Below are positions 1-5,544 of a stretch of 22,357 nucleotides of DNA, one piece after another. The stretch covers positions 1 to 22,357 of the forward strand of contig JBGPXN010000067.1 in NCBI GenBank assembly GCA_041492755.1. The letters are read 5' to 3'. Made by a program: the position numbers and the translations under genes. Every line of letters begins with the position of its first letter. The stretch's first letter is position 1. Origin of the DNA: Candidatus Methylomirabilia bacterium. Lineage in GTDB: Bacteria > Methylomirabilota > Methylomirabilia > Rokubacteriales > CSP1-6. Below the pieces are notes generated by a model. The model was not told where the DNA came from and did not search any database. It saw only the letters and a list, made by a program, of their open reading frames with translations.

Positions 1-1
1 C

Positions 2-262
2 ACCCACGACGTGGACGAGGCGATCTTGCTCTCCGACCGCATCGCGCTCATGACGAGCGGACCGGACGCGCGGCTGGCCGAGATCATCGAGGTGAAGATT
101 CTGCGGCCCCGCACGCGGGCCGAGTTGATCGACGACCCGGGGTACATGCGGCTCCGGACGCACATCCTGCATTTCCTCATGGAAGGCGGCCGGCGCCCGG
201 CGGAGCATGCCGAGCTCGCCGCCAGCACCGGTCGCGCCCCCGCCGTCGCGCGGGGCGTGTGA
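2..262 (+). CDS. C-terminal part of a nitrate/sulfonate/cyanate-type ABC transporter ATP-binding subunit (CynD/NrtD-like), truncated by the window edge
   Basis: Frame is open from base 2 and reads THDVDEAILLSDRIALMTSGPDAR...PRTR, the H-loop and C-terminus typical of NrtD/CmpD/CynD. It lies directly upstream of cyanase. Confidence 0.88.
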   Translation, partial: THDVDEAILLSDRIALMTSGPDARLAEIIEVKILRPRTRAELIDDPGYMRLRTHILHFLMEGGRRPAEHAELAASTGRAPAVARGV

Positions 263-283
263 ACCCTGTCGAGGAGGACAGCC

Positions 284-712
284 ATGGATCGCACCACCGC
301 CCTCGCCACCCTCCGCGCGGCCCGCACGTCGCGTGGGCTCAGCTACGACGATCTCGCGCGGGAGCTCGGCACCCATGACGCCACCTATCTGGCGGCGGCG
401 CTGCACGGGCAGCACCGACTCAAGCCCGACAAAGCCAAGAAGCTTGCCGACCTCCTCGGTGTCGACGTCGATACCGCGATGACGACGGCGGCGATGCCGC
501 TGCGCACGGACTTCCCGCTGACGACCGATCCGTTCAAGTACCGGCTCATGGAGCTCGTCGGCGTCTACGGTGACGCGCTCCGCGAGCGGTGCCAGGAGCT
601 GTTCGGCGACGGCATTCTGTCGGCCATCGATTGCACGGTGAAGCTCGAGAAGAAGGGCGAGCGCGGCGTGCTCACGATCGACGCGAAGTTCCTCCACTAC
701 AAGGAGTACTGA
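284..712 (+). CDS. cynS: Cyanase (cyanate hydratase)
   Basis: N-terminal HTH-like domain, then TDPFKYRLMELVGVYG...ELFGDGILSAID, matching the cyanase signature with the catalytic Arg, Glu and Ser retained. SD GAGGAGG lies just upstream. Confidence 0.95.
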   Translation: MDRTTALATLRAARTSRGLSYDDLARELGTHDATYLAAALHGQHRLKPDKAKKLADLLGVDVDTAMTTAAMPLRTDFPLTTDPFKYRLMELVGVYGDALRERCQELFGDGILSAIDCTVKLEKKGERGVLTIDAKFLHYKEY

Positions 713-718
713 GAGCCG

Positions 719-1063
719 GTGCGCACCCGGCGGATGGACGCGGATCTCGCGAACCGGGCGGCGGCGCCGCCGGGGCTGGCGTCACTGGTGCCCCGGCTGG
801 CCGACGACCTCCTGGCCAGCCAGCCGGGCCGGGTCTATCGGGAGCTGCTCGCGATCGTGGAGCGTCCACTGATCGCCCACGTCCTCGCCGTCACGCGCGG
901 CAACCAGCTCCGGGCCGCCCGCCTGCTCGGGCTCAATCGCAATACGCTCCGGAGGCGCTGCCGCGAGCTCGGGCTCTTGCCCAAGCTCGGCGGGGGACTC
1001 CGCCCTCCCTCTCCCTCGGCGGGGGCCGCCGCAGCCCCCTCCGAGACCTCCCCCACGGGTTGA
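719..1063 (+). CDS. Stand-alone Fis-type helix-turn-helix protein resembling the NtrC C-terminal domain (alternative start ATG 734)
   Basis: VERPLIAHVLAVTRGNQLRAARLLGLNRNTLRRR is the Fis/NtrC HTH_8 motif. No receiver or AAA+ domain. The C-terminal tail is low complexity. Confidence 0.85.
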   Translation: MRTRRMDADLANRAAAPPGLASLVPRLADDLLASQPGRVYRELLAIVERPLIAHVLAVTRGNQLRAARLLGLNRNTLRRRCRELGLLPKLGGGLRPPSPSAGAAAAPSETSPTG

Positions 1064-1087
1064 AGGCTGCGCGGGCAAAGCCCGCGC
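1021..1087. repeat. Two-hairpin REP-like element
   Basis: GGGGGC-N7-GCCCCC at 1021-1039, a C-rich spacer, then the perfect hairpin GCGCGGGC-AAA-GCCCGCGC at 1069-1087. Confidence 0.6.
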
Positions 1088-1120
1088 TCCAAAGGGACTG
1101 ATCCGGCGGACGCTCGCGAC

Positions 1121-1279
1121 ATGAGGGCCGCGGTCGTCGAGGCGCTCGCGCGGCAGATCCTCGACGGCTCGCCGCGGGCGCTGGCCCGCGGGCTGACGTG
1201 GGCGGAGGCGGGGGGCGAGCGCGCGGAGGCCCTGGCCGCCGCCGTGTACCGTCACACCGGACGTGCCCACGTGGTCGGT
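1121..1279 (+). pseudogene. meaB: 5' fragment of a MeaB/ArgK-like methylmalonyl-CoA mutase-associated GTPase
   Basis: LARQILDGSPRALARGLTWAE...AVYRHTGRAHVVG matches the MeaB N-terminus. The expected ITGxPGxGKS P-loop that should follow is absent in all three forward frames. Confidence 0.75.
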
Positions 1280-1322
1280 ACGAGCCCCAAACCTGAGGCG
1301 CGGCTCGGTTCCGGGAGGGGTC

Positions 1323-1331
1323 TGCTAGACT
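1323..1331 (+). promoter_or_regulatory. Putative extended -10 promoter for the GAF-PilB gene
   Basis: TGcTAGACT (TGnTAnnnT) about 70 nt upstream of SD GGGAGG (1391-1396) and GTG 1402. Confidence 0.45.
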
Positions 1332-1401
1332 GTTGCGACGCGCCCGCGGACGACGCGAACGGCGGAAGGCCGGCGCCTGGTAACGGGCCGGGGAGGTGCG
1401 G

Positions 1402-3708
1402 GTGGCCCAGCTCGAAAGCGTCCAGTCCCTCACGGATCGCCTGGCCTACGAGCAGAAGCTCGTGCACCTCATCGATCGCATCCACGCCGCCAAGACGCTC
1501 GACGTCATCTTCTTGCAGATCAAGGACGAGATCCTCGAGCTGCTCGACGCCGACCGCCTGACCCTCTACGTCGTGGATCCGGAAAAGCGCGAGCTCTACT
1601 CGCGCTTTCTCGCGCTGGATGCGGTGCGGGAGATCCGCTTGCCGATCAGCGACCGGAGTATAGTCGGCTACGCGGCGCTCACCCGCAGGCTGGTGGACGT
1701 CGCCGACGCCTACGATGCCGCGGAGCTGACCCGGATCGCCGCCGCCCTGCACTTCGACGCCTCCTGGGACAAGAAAACGGGGTACCGGACGCGCCAGGTG
1801 CTGACCATGCCGATCCTGCACGAGCTGCGGGTGGTGGGCGTGATCCAGCTCCTGAACAAGAAGCAGGGGCCGCGGTTCACCCGGGACGACGAGGCGGGCG
1901 TGGCCCGTATCGCGAAGACGCTCGGGATCGCCTTCCACAACCAGACCCAGCTGGCCCAGCGGCGTCCGGCGAAATTCGACTATCTCCTGGCCCAGCACCT
2001 CATCACCGACGAGGAGCTGAACACGGCCATCGCCGATGCCCGCCGCAAGCAAGTCGACGTGGAGACGCTCCTCGTCGAGCAGTACATGGTGCCGAAGAGC
2101 GAGATGGCCACCGCCCTCAGCCAGTTCTACAAGGTCCCCTTCGTCGAGTACGACGAGGCGACGGTGCCGCCGCCGGATCTCCTGAAGGAGCTCAAAGCCG
2201 ACTACCTCAGGACGACCTACTGGTTGCCGTTGCGCCGCGAGCCCGACGGCACCGTCACCGTCCTCATCGACAATCCCCAAGACGTGCAGAAGGTGGATGC
2301 CATCAATCAGCTGTTGCCACGCCAGCGCATCCGCTTCGTGGTCGGGCTGCGCCGGGACATCTTGCGGTACCTCGGTGCCGGGAGTGCGGACGGGTCGGTG
2401 TCGCGGGCGTCCATCGCCGAGATCATCGGCACCCTGAAGTCCGAGGACGCGCCGGAGGGTGCGGACGACGCGGCCGCGACGGGTGGTAGCAGCGGTGACG
2501 TCGACGAGAACGACAGCACGATCATCCGTCTCGCCAGCCAGATCATCATCGACGCCTACAAGGCGCACGCCTCCGACATCCACGTCGAGCCGTACACCAC
2601 GCAGAAGGACACGATCATCCGCTTCCGCGTGGACGGCTCGTGCGCGGAGTACCAGAGGATCCCGGGCAACTACCGGCGCGCGCTCGTCGCGCGGCTCAAG
2701 ATCATGGCCCAGCTCGACATCGCCGAGCGCCGCAAGCCCCAGGACGGCAAGATCAAGTTCCGGCTGCCCGAGCGGGAGCTCGAGCTCCGCGTGGCCACCA
2801 TCCCGACCCAGGGCGGCAACGAGGACGTGGTCATGCGTATCCTCGCGGCCAGCGAGCCCATTCCCGTCGACAAGCTCGGCATGACGGAGCGCAACCTCCG
2901 GGAGATGAAGGCGGGCGCCGAGAAGCCGTACGGCCTCATCCTGTGCGTGGGGCCGACCGGCTCCGGCAAGACGACCACGCTGCATTCGGTGCTCGGCTAC
3001 ATCAACACGCCGGAGCGCAAGATCTGGACGGCCGAAGACCCGGTCGAGATCACGCAGTACGGCCTGCGCCAGGTTCAGGTCAACCCGAGGATCGGCTTCG
3101 ACTTCGCCGCCGCCATGCGCTCGTTCTTGCGCGCCGACCCCGACGTGATCATGGTCGGCGAGATGCGCGACGAGGAGACGGCGGCCACCGGGATCGAAGC
3201 CTCGCTCACCGGCCACCTCGTCTTCAGCACCCTGCACACCAACAGCGCGGTGGAGACGGTCATTCGCCTGCTCGACATGGGCCTCGATCCGTTCAACTTC
3301 GCCGACGCGCTGCTGATCGTGCTCGCCCAGCGGCTGGTCAAGCGCGTGTGCCCGCAGTGCAAGGAGGCCTATCATCCGAGCGAGAGCGAGTTCATGGAGC
3401 TCGCTCACGCGTACGGCGCCGAGGCCCTGGCCCGGGCCGGCCACGCGTACACCAGCGACGTGCGGCTGTTCCGCGGCAAGGGCTGCGTGAACTGCAACCA
3501 CTCCGGCTATCGCGGCCGGGCCGGCATCCACGAGCTCCTGGTGGCCACCGACGAGATCAAGCGCCTCATCCAGACCAAGGCCCGCGTCCCCGAGCTCCTG
3601 GCCGTCGCCCGCGCCGAGGGCATGACCACCCTGGTCCAGGACGGCATCGAGAAGTCGTTCGCCGGCGTGACGGACTTCCGCCGGGTCAAAGCCGTCGCCA
3701 TCAAGTAG
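1402..3708 (+). CDS. GspE/PilB-family secretion/pilus assembly ATPase with N-terminal GAF domain
   Basis: GAF region (LDADRLTLY...FDASWDKKTGYRTRQVLTMPI...VGVIQLLNK), ASDIHVEP, DIAERRKPQDG, Walker A GPTGSGKTT, Asp box EDPVE, Walker B DPDVIMVGEMRD, His box TGHLVFSTLHTN and Zn-binding CPQC/CVNC. SD GGGAGG favours GTG 1402 over 1396. Confidence 0.95.
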   Translation: MAQLESVQSLTDRLAYEQKLVHLIDRIHAAKTLDVIFLQIKDEILELLDADRLTLYVVDPEKRELYSRFLALDAVREIRLPISDRSIVGYAALTRRLVDVADAYDAAELTRIAAALHFDASWDKKTGYRTRQVLTMPILHELRVVGVIQLLNKKQGPRFTRDDEAGVARIAKTLGIAFHNQTQLAQRRPAKFDYLLAQHLITDEELNTAIADARRKQVDVETLLVEQYMVPKSEMATALSQFYKVPFVEYDEATVPPPDLLKELKADYLRTTYWLPLRREPDGTVTVLIDNPQDVQKVDAINQLLPRQRIRFVVGLRRDILRYLGAGSADGSVSRASIAEIIGTLKSEDAPEGADDAAATGGSSGDVDENDSTIIRLASQIIIDAYKAHASDIHVEPYTTQKDTIIRFRVDGSCAEYQRIPGNYRRALVARLKIMAQLDIAERRKPQDGKIKFRLPERELELRVATIPTQGGNEDVVMRILAASEPIPVDKLGMTERNLREMKAGAEKPYGLILCVGPTGSGKTTTLHSVLGYINTPERKIWTAEDPVEITQYGLRQVQVNPRIGFDFAAAMRSFLRADPDVIMVGEMRDEETAATGIEASLTGHLVFSTLHTNSAVETVIRLLDMGLDPFNFADALLIVLAQRLVKRVCPQCKEAYHPSESEFMELAHAYGAEALARAGHAYTSDVRLFRGKGCVNCNHSGYRGRAGIHELLVATDEIKRLIQTKARVPELLAVARAEGMTTLVQDGIEKSFAGVTDFRRVKAVAIK

Positions 3709-3820
3709 TCCGGCCTCGCGCGGACGGATCCCGCGCGTCGGCCCCGCCCGGCAGTCGTCGCGTGACTCCACGGTGGCTCACTCCGGCTCGCGCCGCTTCA
3801 CGTGGCGGAAGCACTTTCTG

Positions 3821-3856
3821 GTTGACTAAATATATCGTCATGTGTTGAGTTATTAG
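3821..3856 (+). promoter_or_regulatory. AT-rich promoter/operator region
   Basis: -35-like TTGACT at 3822-3827, inverted repeat TGAC-N10-GTCA, and an imperfect 12-mer direct repeat, upstream of SD GGAGGT and ATG 3886. Confidence 0.5.
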
Positions 3857-3885
3857 CCCCGGTGGGTCGGGGGCGGAGGTGCAGG

Positions 3886-4173
3886 ATGAACGCGATGGAG
3901 CGAGTGCTGAGCGGAGAACTCGAGAGCTTGCTGGACCGGCTCGCGGCGACCGTCCCGGAAGGGTGTCTGCCCGCGGTAACGTCGCGTGAGCCGACGCTGC
4001 GGAAGCGCCTGGACGAGATGGACGCTCAGCTGGCCTTGCTGCGGGCGTCGCTGATCGACGGATACGGGCGCTGGCGCCGAGCCCTGGACGACATCGAGAA
4101 TCTGTGGGCTCTGGCCGCCTACCGGTCAGCGCCGGAAGAGCCGGCCGAGCAAGCCCCGTCGCTCGCTGCCTGA
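3886..4173 (+). CDS. Hypothetical helical protein (95 aa)
   Basis: SD GGAGGT at 3875-3880 and ATG 3886. Amphipathic helical composition. No recognised family. Confidence 0.75.
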   Translation: MNAMERVLSGELESLLDRLAATVPEGCLPAVTSREPTLRKRLDEMDAQLALLRASLIDGYGRWRRALDDIENLWALAAYRSAPEEPAEQAPSLAA

Positions 4174-4599
4174 TCCGTCGTCGACAGCGTCGGCAGCGTA
4201 GGCGAGACGAATGGCGTCGAAGCGTGCCCAGTAGTCGGGCAGCTCCTTGGCCAGAACCACTTGAACGGCGAGAAGCTGGCGTACACGTTCGGTGCCGGCC
4301 CGTTCGAGGGCTTCGTCGACCTTCCGCTGAATCGTGGGCGGCGCGTCCGGAGCCACGTCGCGGCGCAGCCGGTCCAGGAACGTCTCGACGCGGCCGTTGA
4401 ACTCGTCGCGGTCCTCGGTGCTGTCGGCGGCCGGCTCGGGCAGTTGGCGTGCGCGGCGCCGCTGGACCATCGCGTCCAGGCAGACGAAGTCGACGGCTTC
4501 CTCCAGGCGCTCGGTGATCTCCATGTCGACGCGAGCGCGAAGATCGCGGGGCTGTCCTCCGGACCGCCGGAGCGAGGTGTTGAAGAACGGATGCGACAT
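4126..4599 (-). CDS. Hypothetical protein (157 aa) with a C-terminal amphipathic tail
   Basis: Start overlaps the stop of the upstream SDR gene (TGATG). Protein-like composition, ending RRGLLGRLFRR. Confidence 0.8.
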   Translation of the reverse strand: MSHPFFNTSLRRSGGQPRDLRARVDMEITERLEEAVDFVCLDAMVQRRRARQLPEPAADSTEDRDEFNGRVETFLDRLRRDVAPDAPPTIQRKVDEALERAGTERVRQLLAVQVVLAKELPDYWARFDAIRLAYAADAVDDGSGSERRGLLGRLFRR

Positions 4600-5504
4600 C
4601 AGCCGAGCATGCGAGCGAGGCCGGTCTTGAGCGGCTGCGGGGTGAGGCTGAACGTCGAGTGGAACGGACCGGGGTCGCCGACGTTGTCCTCCTCGAGCAT
4701 GAGGAGCTGGTCGGGTGTGATCGGATAGCCAGGAAACGCATGGAGAAGCCGGGTGCAGGGCCGGACGAGGCCGAGGGGCACGTGCACCTTTCGGATCCGT
4801 CGCCGGCCCATGACCTCCGCGATCATGTCGAGCAGGGCCAGCATCGACACGACATCCGGCCCCGCGACGTCGTAGGCCTGCTTCTCGGTGGTCGGTAACG
4901 CCAGTGCGCGCGTGAAACCTTCAGCGACGTGCTCGACGGCGACGGGCTGGAGTCGCTGGCGCCCGTTGCCGATCACGGGAACGACGGGTAGACGGTCGAC
5001 CATGCCAGCGAGCATGGTGACGAAGCCGTCGCCCCGGCCATAGACGATCGAGGGACGAAAGATCGTCCACGGCAACCCGCTGGCGCGCACGGCCTCCTCG
5101 GCGGCCCACTTCGTCTGGTGGTAGCGCGCGCGGGCGTTCAGCCGGCTGCCCAGCGCGCTCATGTGCAGGTAGCGGCGCACGCCGGAAGCGGCGGCGGCCT
5201 CCAGCACGTTGCGGGTCGCCTCCACGTGGAGCCGCTCGAAGCTGACCCCGGAGGCCGGATGTTCCCGGATGATGCCGACAAGGTGGATGACGGCTTCGCA
5301 CCCGGCCATGTCTTCATCGAGGCCGCGCCGGACCAGCACGTCGCCCTCGACCCGCTCGATCGCGCCGAGGCCCTGGAGGTCCCGCTCGGAGCCGCGACGC
5401 ACGAGGCAGCGCACGGTGTAGCCCTCCGCGCGCAGCGCGTGGACCACGTGGCGGCCCACGAAACCGGTCGCGCCGGTCACGAAGACGCGACGAACAACAC
5501 CCAT
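4599..5504 (-). CDS. NAD(P)-binding atypical SDR, complex I NDUFA9-like epimerase family
   Basis: VFVTGATGFVG Rossmann motif, AVIHLVGII, YLHMSALG, YHQTKWAAE, FRPSIVYG and LQPVAVEHVA. Confidence 0.92.
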   Translation of the reverse strand: MGVVRRVFVTGATGFVGRHVVHALRAEGYTVRCLVRRGSERDLQGLGAIERVEGDVLVRRGLDEDMAGCEAVIHLVGIIREHPASGVSFERLHVEATRNVLEAAAASGVRRYLHMSALGSRLNARARYHQTKWAAEEAVRASGLPWTIFRPSIVYGRGDGFVTMLAGMVDRLPVVPVIGNGRQRLQPVAVEHVAEGFTRALALPTTEKQAYDVAGPDVVSMLALLDMIAEVMGRRRIRKVHVPLGLVRPCTRLLHAFPGYPITPDQLLMLEEDNVGDPGPFHSTFSLTPQPLKTGLARMLG

Positions 5505-5513
5505 CTCGTACCT

Positions 5514-5538
5514 AGAATACCGCGATCGGTGCTAAGAT
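5514..5538. promoter_or_regulatory. Back-to-back -10 elements for two divergent genes with no or very short leaders
   Basis: Plus strand: TGcTAAGAT (5530-5538), 6 nt before GTG 5545. Minus strand: TATTCT (5519-5514), 9 nt before ATG 5504. Neither gene has a clear SD. Confidence 0.55.
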
Positions 5539-5544
5539 CCTTCC

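Noticed and set aside
1121..1561. 146-aa ORF as an intact gene
   Set aside because: Only the first 53 codons resemble MeaB. The rest runs through a promoter-like region and out of frame into the PilB gene.
1252..3771. 839-aa minus-strand ORF
   Set aside because: Antisense shadow of the PilB/GspE gene, as expected from high-GC codon bias. No recognisable motifs.
3709..3810. Intrinsic terminator or riboswitch after the PilB gene
   Set aside because: Short GC stems are present, but there is no adjacent U-tract and no recognisable aptamer motif.
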